DNA of 63,302 nucleotides, the filler included, from Octopus bimaculoides (taxonomy: Eukaryota): the NCBI RefSeq assembly GCF_001194135.2. It is 4 parts of 4 records of this genome, joined end to end, with 100 filler letters (N's around TTAATTAATTAA, not from the genome) between each part and the next. Parts side by side here need not be neighbours in the genome. Positions count along the whole stretch, not along the records: positions 31,335 to 60,137 come from NC_068984.1; 3 more parts are not named here. One strand, given 5' to 3'. The position numbers and the translations under genes were made by a program. Positions 36,336 to 49,534 of this stretch are shown one piece after another (within the stretch, counting starts at the first letter, position 1; the number at the start of each line of letters is the position of its first letter). Under the pieces are notes generated by a model, which made no database searches, was not told the origin of the DNA, and was given only the letters and a program-made list of their open reading frames with translations.

Positions 36336-36783
36336 TGTAACTGTTTCCCTGCATTATGAGATCTAGTTGTGTTTCCTCGGATGATATATAAATATTGTCT
36401 CCATAAGTTCACATTCTTGGCTTCAAGAACAACCTCTCTGTCTGTCATGGCCTCAATTTAGTAGCTGTCACTGAGTACATCACTTTGTGTAGGTACTGAA
36501 GAACTGTTGGAAAACTGTTTTGAATGTATAGATGTAGTGGGATGGTGATTCTGCTAATTTTAAAGTGGTTGCTGTTTTGAAAGGGATTGGCATCTGATTT
36601 CTTTGTACTGTTGTTTTGTTCTTCCTGGTTGGTTACACATCCAATTGTCCTTAGCTGACCTTTACGAAATGACCTATATGTACATGGTTGTTCACATATG
36701 AATTCATACATGTTCTAATGCTCGGACACATGCACAAACACACACACAAACACGCACAAACATGTGCACACATCCACATACAC

Positions 36784-36828
<45 letters not shown>

Positions 36829-37584
36829 NNNNNNNNNNNNNNNNNNNNNNNNNNNNNNNNNNNNNNNNNNNNNNNNNNNNNNNNNNNNNNNNNNNNNNNN
36901 NNNNNNNNNNNNNNNNNNNNNNNNNNNNNNNNNNNNNNNNNNNNNNNNNNNNNNNNNNNNNNNNNNNNNNNNNNNNNNNNNNNNNNNNNNNNNNNNNNNN
37001 NNNNNNNNNNNNNNNNNNNNNNNNNNNNNNNNNNNNNNNNNNNNNNNNNNNNNNNNNNNNNNNNNNNNNNNNNNNNNNNNNNNNNNNNNNNNNNNNNNNN
37101 NNNNNNNNNNNNNNNNNNNNNNNNNNNNNNNNNNNNNNNNNNNNNNNNNNNNNNNNNNNNNNNNNNNNNNNNNNNNNNNNNNNNNTATATATATATATAT
37201 ATATATCATCATCATCATCATCATCATCATTTAACGTCTGCTTTCCATGCTGGCATGGGTTGATATATATATATATACATACCAGGGGCAAAAGGGCTAT
37301 GTCTGCAACACATGCACTTCGTGCCTTACTATTTTTCCACAATAAATAATTTTTGTGTGAATATAATTGATTATTGATAATTTTCACTCGATTCATTGTA
37401 GTCATATTTACTTTTATTTCGTATTCCTTCATTTCTTAGCAAAGAAAAGCAAAGGAAAGAGGAAAGGAAATTTTTTACTGCTTGCTTTCATTCAAATTTT
37501 TTTTGTATTCGAGAATGGAGCATCAAAATGAGAGATAAGACAAAAAGTGAGTGAGTGGCCAAGAAAGAGAAAAACAGAAGAAGC

Positions 37585-37912
37585 CTGGTGCTTATTCTTT
37601 TGGTCTCTTGTGCTGAACTGCTAAGTTACGGGAACGTAAACACACCAATGCTGGTTGTCAAGCATTGGTGAAGGACAAACACAGACTCAAAGACACAGAC
37701 ACACACAAGCATACTCCGAAACACACCAACTAAAACACATAAACCAACCAAAACACACACATATATATATATATATACGACGAGTTTTTTCAGTTTTCCT
37801 CTATCAAGTCTACTTACAAGGTTTTAGTTGGCCCAAGGCTATAGTAGAAGACACTAATAGAATACTGAACCTGGAACCATGTGGTTGGGAAGCAAACTTC
37901 TTACCACACAAG
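37585..37912 (-). mobile_element. SINE family B, diverged
   Basis: acttattc...ctaagttacgggaacgtaaacacacc...ggaaccatgtggttggga. Confidence 0.75.
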
Positions 37913-38377
37913 CATGCTTGCTTTCTAAAAAGATTTAACCAATGGAGAGAGTATTTTTTGATCCCTTCTTAAGACCTGAATTCAGTCATGTGACCCCAGA
38001 GTTTTCTTGGCTATTTCACACATAGAGCGAAATAGTACTACTGTAGTACTACTACACATAGAGCGATAGTAGTACTACTGGATAGCATAGGATGAAATCT
38101 GAAGGTGGACAAGCTTTATATTGTACTCTACTATGTTCTTAACAGAATATACCCTAATTATATAAATACACACACGCACACACACACACACACACACATA
38201 TATATAGTTAATCCAAAAAAATGAGGAAAAACACAAGAAAAAAACAACGTGAAGATGTGGTACATGTATAGTATTAGCAGACACTCAGGGAAGGAAAGAA
38301 AAGTAGTTTTACATTTTGAGCAATGCTCCTTGTCAGAAACAGGAGTTAGAAGAAAGTCCAAGAGAAAAAAAGAATCA

Positions 38378-38411
<34 letters not shown>

Positions 38412-38414
<3 letters not shown>

Positions 38415-38560
38415 CGGGCTTCTTTCAGTTTCTTTCTACTAAACTCACTCACATAACTTTGGTTGGCCTAAGGTTAAAGTAGACACTTACCCAAGGTGCC
38501 ATGCAGTGGGACTGAACCCAGAACTATGTGGTCGGAAAGCAAACATCTCATCACATACCC
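38412..38560 (-). mobile_element. SINE family B, head half
   Basis: gacgggcttctttcagtttc...gtgggactgaaccc. Confidence 0.75.
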
Positions 38561-38771
38561 ATGTCAGTAGCTATATTTCAGTTTGTTCTGAGACTACACC
38601 ATATTATTTATCATGAACCAACTAAATACAAGGGGTACAGTATAAGAAACATAGTATGTTGCACACATATATATTCATACATGTATATAATATATATACC
38701 CTCATTCCTACATGAACCAGTTAAGGAATCCTTCAAATTAGGGAGTTTTTTTTTTTAAGAATTTGAAATGT

Positions 38772-39650
38772 TCGTAGTCTGATCAATAAGTATCCGGACT
38801 GTTGCCATAGTAACAAAACTAACGCACACAGAGTAAAGTCGCTTGGCACAGATTGACCTTGAAATCTGCTGTGCATGTGCACTAAGTTTTAACATTCTCA
38901 CTCCCTTCTGCTGTTTACTGCAGTGCTTGGAAGGAAGGTGTGTAGCATGTGATCATCGCATTGAGCATAACAGAGAAAGTTGAGTAAGGAATCAGCATCA
39001 AATTTTGCCAAACGTTTGGTGATACCTGCTCAGAGCCCTACGCAAAGTTTTCAAAAAGTTTCCATTGTTCTCAACACAATCAAGGAGATCTTGTGCTGCT
39101 GAAACCCAAGCGTCTTTTTGGTCAGCTGAAAGCAGCTTTGGCACAGACACACGTTTCATATCCAAATCTTCAGTGATAATGGACTGAAATGAACCATAAC
39201 TAATCTGCACATCCTCTGATGACTCATGAATGGTGATTCGACGATTTCCCCTCACAGCTGCATGCACATCTGCAATGTTTTTCTCAGTTCTGCTCATTGC
39301 TGGTCTCCCAGAACGTTCGTCAATATTGACATTTTTTCAACCATCTTGGAAACATCCGAACCACTCGGACACTTGTGTGTGGCTCCTGTGCATACACTTT
39401 CTGCAACTTTGTATAGGCCTCTGAGCAGGTATCGCTCTGACAACTTTCTCTGTCATGGTTAATGCGACAATCACATGCTACACACGTGCCTTCCAAGCAC
39501 TGCAGTAAACAGCAGAAGTGAGCTAGAACATTAAAACTTAATGTGTGTGCACAGCAGAGTCCAAGGTCAATCTGTGCCAAGCAGCTTCACTCTGCATGCT
39601 TTAGCTTCGTTACTATGGCAACAGTCCGGATACTTATTGATCAGACCTCG
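38772..39650 (-). mobile_element. Non-autonomous mariner whose 3' end is replaced by an inverted copy of its 5' end
   Basis: About 250-280-bp inverted repeats (38772-39053 and 39399-39650), each containing TIR gtctgatcaataagtatccggactg, the 5'UTR and the MTEKV start. Middle encodes the transposase N-terminus, ...VRGNRRITIHE...DMKRVSVPKLLSADQK...FLKT. Confidence 0.88.
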
Positions 39651-40447
39651 TATGTTGTAATGTTAAACCAGTTTTGTAGTCATTTTAGTAATGTTATTTC
39701 TGTCTTTCATTCAATTAATGTTTTCTTGTTGTCCATATATTATTTGCAAGCCTCTCTTTATTCTCTCCTCTATCTTTTCCTGTCTTTCCATTCTAAAGTG
39801 TCCACTCTAGATGTCTACACTACATTTTCCTGTTCTTCATGTAACAGTTATGACTATATATATAGTTATAGTCTAATTGTAAATCTGATTTCCAGCACGT
39901 TCAACCTATGCATGCTTCACTATTACTGACACCACCAAGAAATGGTTATGACAAAATGCCACTACACCAACAGTAAATTGTGTTATTAATCTCTCAACCC
40001 TTTCACAACTTCCAACTGCTGACAGCACTGTATCATATTTAGTTCAAAATAGTAGAAATAAACAAAAATAAAGGTTAGTTTGATGATGAGGAATAATGGA
40101 AGAGTTTTTGTTGTTTTGAGCCTTAAGAAGAAAGAATGAAGAACAAAAACAGATGGAGTAAGGCATAAAAACAGAGCGAGAAAAAGCATGTTTCGATTAA
40201 TGGTTCCACAGTACTACATAGTAAACTATAAACTCTGTATTGGTATGTTAATCCTTTAGTTACCATATTTCAGTTGAAGTACACTACTTTTGTTTCAAGT
40301 AATTTTTAAAGTAATGAAGAATTTAGTAAAACAGCTTTGTCATCATTAGCCATTTAGCATTTAAACCAGTCATATCCGGCCGAAATGTTCTACTTGTTTA
40401 ACACTCAAAATGGCCAAATCCAGTCTCTTACACTTATCTTACAATGG

Positions 40448-40890
40448 CATCGTGGCACTCCGTTGGTTACCATGACAAGGATTCCAGTTGATCCAATCAA
40501 CGGAACAGCTTGCTCATGAAATTAACGTGCAAGTGGCTGAGCACTCCACAGACATGCACGTGTACCCTTAATGTAGTTCTCAGGGAGTTCAGTGTGATAC
40601 ACAGTGTGACAAGGCTGGCCCTTTGAAATACAGGTACAACAGAAACAGGAAGAAAGAGTGAGAGAAAGTCGTGGTGAAAGAGTACAGCAGGGTNNNNNNN
40701 NNNAGGAAGAAAGAGTGAGAGAAAGTCGTGGTGAAAGAGTACAGCAGGGTTCACCACCCCCTACCGGAGTCGCATGGAGCTTTAGGTGTTTTCACTCAAT
40801 AAACATTCACAACACCCAGTCTGGGAATTGAAACCACGATCCTACGACCACAAGTTCGCTGCTCTAACCAGTGGGCCATTGCACCTCCTC
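40448..40890 (-). mobile_element. tRNA-derived SINE family C
   Basis: Reverse-strand head gaggtgcaatggcccactggttagagcagcg...gtttcaattccc (A and B boxes); body shared with 41880-42176 and 42596-42858. Confidence 0.8.
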
Positions 40891-40975
40891 TACAATGGCA
40901 TACTAAAAGTAAATAATCCTATCATAGATATCTCAAAGCTACAAGATAATGCATGATTAATTCAAAAGAATGTGA

Positions 40976-41275
40976 AGGCACATGGCTCAGTGGTTAGAGT
41001 CAAGCTCACAATCATGAGATAGTGAGTTCAATTCCTGGACTAGTCTGTGTGTTGTGTTCTTGAGCAAGACACTTTATTTAACATTGCTCCAGTTCACTCA
41101 TCTGCAGAAATGAGTTGTGACATCACTGGTGCCAAGCTGTATCGGCCCCTTTGCCTTTCCCTTGGATAACATCAGTGGTGTGGAGAGGGGAGGCTGGTAT
41201 GCATGGGTGACTGCTTCGGAGGGTAACTTTTTAGGTGCAATCCCATGGTCATTCATGACTGAAGGGGGTCTATAC
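40976..41275 (+). mobile_element. tRNA-derived SINE family D (CORE-like)
   Basis: ggcacatggctcagtggttagag...gagttcaattcc...gttcttgagcaagacactttattt...ttgctccagttcactca. Confidence 0.7.
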
Positions 41276-41464
41276 CCTTTTACATTTAACAGAATAATCT
41301 GAATGCTTAGGGGTTAAACTGGTGTTTCGAATGTAAATTAATCTGAGATTTTAATGAAAAGTTTTAATTTAGACACTGTAACTAAGAAGTTTCTATTGTT
41401 ATTGAGTTGTCAAATAATTTCGTTTGTTTTGTTTTTTCTATTTGGCAATCTATCATCATATTTT

Positions 41465-41790
41465 TTATCTTTTACCTGTTTCAGTCATTAATCAACCCCA
41501 GTAGGTTTTTTATTCATTTTTAAGCCTGGTACTTATTCAATCAATCTCTTTTGTAGAACTGCTAAATTACGGGGATGTAAACACACCAACACCAGTTATC
41601 AAGCAGTGGTGGAGGACAAATACACACACGCGCACACATATGACAGGCTTCTTTCATTTTCCGTCTACCAAATCCACTCACAAGGCCTTGGTCGACCTAA
41701 GGCTATAGTAGAAGACACTTGCCCAAGGTGCCATGCAGTGGGACTGAACCTGGAACCATGTTTCTTACCACACAGCCATACTTGTGCCTG
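41465..41790 (-). mobile_element. SINE family B
   Basis: Family B motifs present in order. Confidence 0.8.
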
Positions 41791-41859
41791 AAAAGAGATA
41801 AAATTTATTCAGATTTCAAAAAACAATAAATGGAAGTTGTAGAGAAAGAATTTATTTTA

Positions 41860-42176
41860 TTTTATTTATGCGCCCTTCTAAAGCCTAGCCAGGCTCATGG
41901 GCCCGGTTTCCTGGTTTCTATGGCGTATGTGTTCCCCTCCAGCTGGATGGGACGCCAGTCCATCACAGCATTACTCAAGAAACAGGAAGAAAGAGTGAGA
42001 GAAAGTTGTGGTGAAAGAGTACAGCAGGGTTCGCCACCATCCCCTGCCGGAGCCTCGTGGAGCTTTAGGTGTTTTCGCTCAATAAACACTCACAACGCCC
42101 AGTCTGGGAATCGAAACTGCGATCCTATGACCACGAGTCCGCTGCCCTAACCACTGGGCCATTGCGCCTCCACTGA
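41860..42176 (-). mobile_element. SINE family C head and body joined to a different tail (V-domain-like gatggactggcgtcccatccag)
   Basis: 41990-42176 matches family C; 41860-41985 is a distinct segment ending in an A-rich tail on the - strand. Confidence 0.7.
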
Positions 42177-42595
42177 TNNNNNNNNNNNNNNNNNNNNNNN
42201 NNNNNNNNNNNNNNNNNNNNNNNNNNNNNNNNNNNNNNNNNNNNNNNNNNNNNNNNNNNNNNNNNNNNNNNNNNNNNNNNNNNNNNNNNNNNNNNNNNNN
42301 NNNNNNNNNNNNNNNNNNNNNNNNNNNNNNNNNNNNNNNNNNNNNNNNNNNNNNNNNNNNNNNNNNNNNNNNNNNNNNNNNNNNNNNNNNNNNNNNNNNN
42401 NNNNNNNNNNNNNNNNNNNNNNNNNNNNNNNNNNNNNNNNNNNNNNNNNNNNNNNNNNNNNNNNNNNNNNNNNNNNNNNNNNNNNNNNNNNNNNNNNNNN
42501 NNNNNNNNNNNNNNNNNNNNNNNNNNNNNNNNNNNNNNNNNNNNNNNNNNNNNNNNNNNNNNNNNNNNNNNNNNNNNNNNNNNNNNNNNNNNNNT

Positions 42596-42858
42596 AGTTC
42601 TCGGGGATATTCAGCGTGACACAGTGTGACAAGGCTGACCCTTTGAATTACAGGTACAACAGAAACAGGAAGTAAGAGTGAGAGAAAGTTGTGGTGAAAG
42701 AGTACAGCAGGGTTCGCCACCATCCCCTGCCGGAGCCTCGTGGAGCTTTAGGTGTTTTCGCTCAATAAACACTCACAACGCCCAGTCTGGGAATCGAAAC
42801 TGCGATCCTATGACCACGAGTCCGCTGCCCTAACCACTGGGCCATTGCGCCTCCACTG
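42596..42858 (-). mobile_element. SINE family C
   Basis: Nearly identical to 41990-42176 over the shared part. Confidence 0.8.
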
Positions 42859-42892
42859 ATAATAACATACACACAGGTTTAATTCCCCTTTT

Positions 42893-43188
42893 TTTATTGT
42901 TAGTCAATTGGTTAAATGTCTGATCAACTGACTAATTGATTGTTTGTTTAATGTGGTGGTTAAACAATCAATTGGTTATATGTTTGCCTGACAAAATTCT
43001 TTCGTTGCTGTTTGCAACTTTTTCAGTGATCCATGACATCCTACTCACTCCAAGGACTGGTCACTGTGAACAGCAACAAAAGAACTTTGACCGACAAACA
43101 AATGACCGATTGATTGTTTAGCTCACACATCAAACAAACAATCAATTAATAAGTTGATTAGATATTTAATCAATTGAGCAACAATAAA
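42893..43188. repeat. Older, degenerate foldback palindrome with about 130-140-bp arms
   Basis: tttattgttagtcaattggttaaatgtctgatcaact...gttgctgtt..cagtgatcc pairs with ggtcactgtgaacagcaac...agttgattagatatttaatcaattgagcaacaataaa; roughly 75-80 percent by eye. Confidence 0.8.
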
Positions 43189-44565
43189 CAAGTGGAATCG
43201 AACCTGTACATGTGTTATTATTATTGGCATTATATTATGATTCTCACAAGACACAGCAAAATTTATTTCAACACATGATTTCTCATCAAAAACCTTGCAA
43301 ACCAAATACATAAGTGAAATTGTATGCAAAAAAATTTTAATATTTTGTGTGTTGAAGCATAACTGATTTATTGCGCATAAATTTTAACACCGAAATCTTA
43401 CAAGGACCCCCAAAGGTCATATGGACTCTGGTTGAGAACTACTGCTTCAGATCAACAGAGGCATCAATAAAAAAAAAGAAATGTGGGTTTTTAATTTTAT
43501 TGGTTTCTGCTTTTCCTTTTTTTTTTTTTTTCAAATGTTATCTATTGATTGCTCTGTTGTTAACATCCTGTTCCAGTCGTGGATAAAAGGAAGACATTCT
43601 CATCCCATCCCTCTTTTGCTATTTATAAACACGGTTATGAAAATATTACTGAGACAGAATCTTATCCTTTCTCCTGCTGTAAATCAGAATCAATTTTGTC
43701 ACTTGAGAAAGACTTTCAAGTAAATAATAATAGTAATGATGATGATGTTGACAACAGCTGATGGTGATGGTGATGGTGATAATGATGATGCACTAGAGGA
43801 TGAGTAAATATTTAAATATAAATAAAAAGATATATATATATAAGAGTAACAATGCATAAATCTTCCTTGCCTTGCTGTCCTTCCCTCACTATGACAGTGT
43901 TATGTAGAGCAGCAACGAGCTGTAGGGTTAAATACAAGATTTATTCTAAATTCTTCTGTATGAATGCTCCATTATTGAGTTTAATCTGACCTTCTAGGTT
44001 AGGTGCTGCATTACACTAAAGTGCTTTTAACATTGAAGAGGAAGTCAGAACAGCAAACTGGTTTCCAGAAACAGTTTAACTTTATAAGTTTGAATAAATT
44101 TATTCGCTGATAGCATATATGTAGAAGCAATTAAGAGAGAAATATGGCTTCTGAATATGGATTGAGGCTAAAGCAACTTCAATGAAAAGATGAAAATAAA
44201 ATAAGGTCAGTTCCATAATTAATGTTATTGGTAATATCCATCAACATTTCATATGTAATATCTATAAGACTTTATTTAATCTGAAGTTATTTGAACTAAA
44301 TATATATCAAAATTCATGGAGAAATATATATGTACCATCATCATCGTTTTGATGTCTACTTTACTATGCTTGTCTACTTTACTATGAGTCAGGTGTAAGT
44401 ATGTTGGGTCTGAGTTTTTTGTGGCTAGACACTCTTCCTGTCATCAACCTTCCTTCGTTTGCAAGTGGGGTAATAATCCTGCTATATCTTGAACAACAAA
44501 TGGCTCGAGCATGCTTTCACAGCAGACAGCAAACAAATGACACCATTAATGAAGCCCTTACTCTT

Positions 44566-44966
44566 TTGCTCTTTTACTTGTTTCAGCCATCTGACTGTGG
44601 CCATGCTGGAGCACCGCCTTTAGTCAAGCAAATCGACCCCAGGACTTATTCTTTGTAAGCCTAGTACTTATCCTATCGGTCTCTTTTGCTGAACTGCTAA
44701 GTTACTGGGACGTAAACACACCAGCATCAGTTGTCAAACAATTTTGGCGGAGACAAACACAGACACACAAACACACACACACAAACATATATATACATAT
44801 ATACGATGGGCTTTTTTCAGTTTCCATCTACCAAATCCACACACAAGGCTTTGGTCGGCCCGAGGCTATAGTAGAAGACATTTGCCCAAGGTGCCACGCA
44901 GTGAGACTGAACCCGGAACCATGTGGTTGGTAAGCAAGCTACTTACCACACAGCCACTCCTACGCC
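44566..44966 (-). mobile_element. SINE family B, full length
   Basis: All family B motifs present. Confidence 0.9.
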
Positions 44967-45658
44967 TATCCACACAGCCATTAAGCAAACATGTGTAGAT
45001 GAGGGAAATGTGAACTCATGTGCTCATACATACATACACACACACATACATACACATACATACATACATACATACATACATACATANNNNNNNNNNNNNN
45101 NNNNNNNNNNNNNNNNNNNNNNNNNNNNNNNNNNNNNNNNNNNNNNNNNNNNNNNNNNNNNNNNNNNNNNNNNNNNNNNNNNNNNNNNNNNNNNNNNNNN
45201 NNNNNNNNNNNNNNNNNNNNNNNNNNNNNNNNNNNNNNNNNNNNNNNNNNNNNNNNNNNNNNNNNNNNNNNNNNNNNNNNNNNNNNNNNNNNNNNNNNNN
45301 NNNNNNNNNNNNNNNNNNNNNNNNNNNNNNNNNNNNNNNNNNNNNNNNNNNNNNNNNNNNNNNNNNNNNNNNNNNNNNNNNNNNNNNNNNNNNNNNNNNN
45401 NNNNNNNNNNNNNNNNNNNNNNNNNNNNNNNNNNNNNNNNNNNNNNNNNNNNNNNNNNNNNNNNNNNNNNNNNNNNNNNNNNNNNNNNNNNNNNNNNNNN
45501 NNNNNNNNNNNNNNNNNNNNNNNNNNNNNNNNNNNNNNNNNNNNNNNNNNNNNNNNNNNNNNNNNNNNNNNNNNNNNNNNNNNNNNNNNNNNNNNNNNNN
45601 NNNNNNNNNNNNNNNNNNNNNNNNNNNNNNNNNNNNNNNNNNNNNNNNNNNNNNNNNN

Positions 45659-45830
45659 GGTAGGGCAGGTTCTTATTGTACAGAAGCTACATGGCTACTC
45701 TAAGATATCAGGGAAGAGATTGGGGTAGGGCAGGTTCTTATTGTACAGAAGCTACATGGCTACTCTAAGATATCAGGGAAGAGATTGGGGTAGGGCAGGT
45801 TCTTATTGTACAGAAGCTACATGGCTACTC
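45659..45830. repeat. 65-bp minisatellite, about 2.6 identical units, adjacent to a gap
   Basis: ggtagggcaggttcttattgtacagaagctacatggctactc... recurs with tagggcagg starting at 45661, 45726 and 45791. Confidence 0.9.
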
Positions 45831-46355
45831 ATGTTTAGGAAAGAGAGAGTGAGAATGAATTAGAGGTGTCTCCAAGGAGACAGACAGTGATAATGAGGTG
45901 TCCAAGGTAGAAGAAGTAGTAGGGGATGGGAGCAGTGGTGGTCAGGCTTCTTTCAGTTTCTGTCTGCTAAATCTACTAACAAGGCTGGGGCTATAGTAGA
46001 AGACACTTGCCTAAGGTGCCATGCAGTGGGTCCGAACTCATAACCAAGTGCTTAGTAAGTGAAATTTTTAACCACACCATCATGTCATTTGTAGAAAATA
46101 CCAATTCTTTTCTCTCAGAACTGGATGTTAAAGGTTCAAAATGTCTGAAAGCCTGCTGGCATCTTTTGAAGCATGTTGTATTTTTAACACACAAAGTGTC
46201 TTTGGAGAAGTTGTTCACTCAGACTAAAGCACGCAACAGGCACCATTCCAAGTCTGTGTGTACATACATGCATTATAAATCATGTACACATCACTATTTT
46301 CATTTCAATTGTTTCTTATACATACACTGATATATATACATACACACACACACAG

Positions 46356-46419
<64 letters not shown>

Positions 46420-46589
46420 ATCATTTAATATAAGTGGTATTTAAATATGGGTTACTAATAGTTTCATGCCATGGAAAGACAACAATTTCAGCAGGTTGCT
46501 TTCTGTCTCTGAGCAATCCTTCAGGCTCAATACACATGCTTGGTCTTATTTGAAACTATTAGTAGCTCATATTTAAATACTGCGTAGCA

Positions 46590-46795
46590 TCACCATCATC
46601 ATCATCATTATCATCATCATCATCATCATCATCATTTAACATCCATTTTTTAATGCTCGCATGGGTGGGACAGTTTGACAGGAACTGACCAGCTGAAGAG
46701 CGGGCCAGCCAGGCTCCATCTCTGTTTTGGCATGGTTTCCACAGCTGGATACCCTTCCTAACGCCAACCACTTTACAGAGTGTACTGGGTGCTAA
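46590..46795 (-). mobile_element. RTE-type LINE 3' tail
   Basis: (cat)n-tttaacatcc...cagctggatacccttcctaacgccaaccac...gagtgtactgggtgc. Confidence 0.75.
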
Positions 46796-48799
46796 ATTTG
46801 ACAATTAAAAATCAAAGTGCCTCATGATGAAATTGAACTCGAAATTAAGTGATTGCCGGGCAAACTTCTTAGCCACACAGCCAAGCTCATACCTTAGTTG
46901 ATAGGAAGATTTCTTCCAGAAGAAATACATGTTTAATACTTGTCAGTCTAAATTAGCTACCATTAAATGAGTAGTTCTATTGTATGAAAATATCAATAAA
47001 TAATCCATTTAATTATTAAATCTCTTTCAATTAATTCTATAAATTACTTCATCAGTCTTTACGCAGTGAACAGTAGTCGTAGAACAAACAAGCACAAGTG
47101 TATCTCGTCATTCTAGATACATCAGGTCTGAATAAAAGATAGGAATGTCATTAATAAAAACCAGCATGGGAGCCTCTACTTTGTCGTGCATCATATTAGA
47201 AATAACAGCCACATCTCCTTCAAAGCATGCCCTGCCGTTTTGTAAAAGAGGAAGATATGTTGGAAAATGTAAGATAGCTACATTATGTTTGAATAAGATT
47301 GAAAAGAAAAGAGAGGTAGTCATGGCTTGAATGCCCTTACTTACAGGTCTACTTCATCGAGGATGACCCAGGGCATAACAACAATAACAACAAAAAGAAA
47401 CAACCAACTTTCAATAGTTAATGAGAGAGCCTCTTCTTGGTGTCTCAGTCTGCACAGAACAGTAGCTAAAGCCTCCTCAAATCAAACCCTTTCATCTTGA
47501 AAGGAAAGGATACAATGGATAAATACATTTGATGGTATATAAAATGTTTTTTTTCCCCATCAAAATGTCTAAAAAAATCACCCTTGATTCTAAATGCCAA
47601 ATTGGGCCTCCCATAAGCTTTAAAAACTTTTTTCCTGAATACGCACCACAAAAATTGGGTGCATCAAGTAAGTCCATGCATCTTTTATGCCATCAAATGC
47701 AGTAGTCATAGATAAAATATGTGTGAATAAACTATGGGATGGTCATAAGCTGGATTGCTTTTGTTCATGGGTTTGTTTATTCAAGGCTGACATGAGGCTA
47801 AACAAGAATAAAACCAAACAAAATTCTTCTCATAACATTTCCTCAATGGTTATTATGGCAGTGTCTCACTCAGTCTGAGAACCAGACAACAAATTAAAAA
47901 CATTTCTGCTTACTGACTCACCAGTTCTAGTGCTTTTAAACCTAAAATGTTTTAGCCAACCATTCACCATGATACTAATCTAACGTTATCCGAAAAGAAC
48001 AGTAGCTCCACACTACTATAAATGTTTCATCGTTATTGTCATCCACCCCACCACCCACCCTCGTCCTACACATCGTCCACATCATTGATTTATTGATCTT
48101 TTTGTTTTCCTAAAGTTATTATTAATGTTGTATTTATTCTGCCTTACATCAATCCCCACAGTTTATTATTGGAATCATTGTCCTTGTATTCTATTATCTT
48201 ATTACTTGAGCTTTCATTGTTTTCATCGTGTTTCCAGTTATATTGATATAGATGGTTGCTAACTGTGTTATAATTGTTCAAATTACTATCAAGTATATTT
48301 AAAAAAAAAAAAAAAATTTAAATTGATTATTTCTCTCTCTTGTAACTTCCTGTTCGGTTTGGATTGGAAATCAGGTATTTCTTACATTTTATTGCTGGCC
48401 CTTAAAAGCATTAACAGAAAGTAACTTTCTATANNNNNNNNNNTGGATTGGAAATCAGGTATTTCTTACATTTTATTGCTGGCCCTTAAAAGCATTAACA
48501 GAAAGTAACTTTCTATATTCAAAATATTTACACACTTATTGCAAAGGTCCTTCACTTTTTCTAAGCCCTGTAAAAGAACTCAGAAGGTTGGGCCTCCAGC
48601 CAGGTCTTTCACAATACCCTTAAAGCCAGGAGCTTTCCAGCAACACCTCATATGTAAATGTATGGTTCTCCTTCAGTTTCAATGACTCAATGATGAGGAT
48701 TCAGTTACGTAATCAACTGAGTTACCTGTTCCTAAATAAATATGTAAGTGGCTGAACACTCCACAGACTTGTGTACTTTTACTATACTCCTTAGGCAAG

Positions 48800-49230
48800 A
48801 CGGCGAGCTTGCAGAAATGTTCGCATGCCGGGCGAAATGCTTAGCGGTATTTTGTCTGTCTTTACGTTCTGAGTTCAAATACCGCCGAGGTTGACTTTGC
48901 CTTTCATCATTTCAGGGTCGATTAAATATGTACCAGTTACACACTTGGGTCGATGTAATTGACTTAATCCGTTTGTCTGTCCTTGTTTGTCCCCTCAATG
49001 TTTAGCTCTTTGTGGGCAATAAAGAAATAAGAAACGTTTGCACGCTGGGTGAAATGCTTAACAGTATTTCGTCTGTCTTTACGTTCCGAGTTCAAATTCC
49101 ACCAAGGTTGACTTTGCCTTTCATCATTTCAGGGTTGATAAATTAAGTACCACTTGTATACTGGGGTCGTTCTAATCGACTGGCACCCTCCTAAAAAGTT
49201 ACGGGCTTTGTACTTAGAGTAGAAAATAAA
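48800..49230 (+). mobile_element. SINE family A dimer
   Basis: Two tandem units with the same layout as 28529-28937. Confidence 0.85.
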
Positions 49231-49534
49231 AAGAATATACCCCTCAGGCAGAATCAGCATGGCACAGTGTGCAGTAAACCTGTCCCTTTTCAATTATATG
49301 TACAATCTGTTTGACAGACTTCTATAATTTTCTGTCTGGTCTATTTCATTCACAAGGTATGTACTGCTTGAAGGCTACAGAAATTAATATTTTTCCAGTA
49401 TATATTTTGCTGTTTCAATTTAGGTAGAATCAAGTACTCTTTTCAGTGGGAGATAAATATCAAGACTAGGAACACTCACCTGCATCCCTCTTCAGCTGAG
49501 CATTCCTAGTCTTGTGGACTCAAGGGTACTGGTG

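Noticed and set aside
35724-36711. Minus-strand ORFs 35724-36014 and 36445-36711 as exons
   Set aside because: No recognisable homology or convincing splice-site pairs, and one runs through a TA microsatellite.
42780-42858. tRNA gene candidates (A and B boxes) in SINE heads
   Set aside because: They continue into SINE bodies and lack a full cloverleaf; they are tRNA-derived SINE promoters.
41990-42860. Two nearly identical SINE family C copies as a recent tandem duplication
   Set aside because: They flank a 418-N gap and both end in the same ccactgat flank, so an assembly duplication is more likely; cannot be resolved without reads.
45659-45830. CRISPR-like array
   Set aside because: Units are contiguous 65-bp repeats with no unique spacers, in a eukaryotic context; it is a minisatellite.
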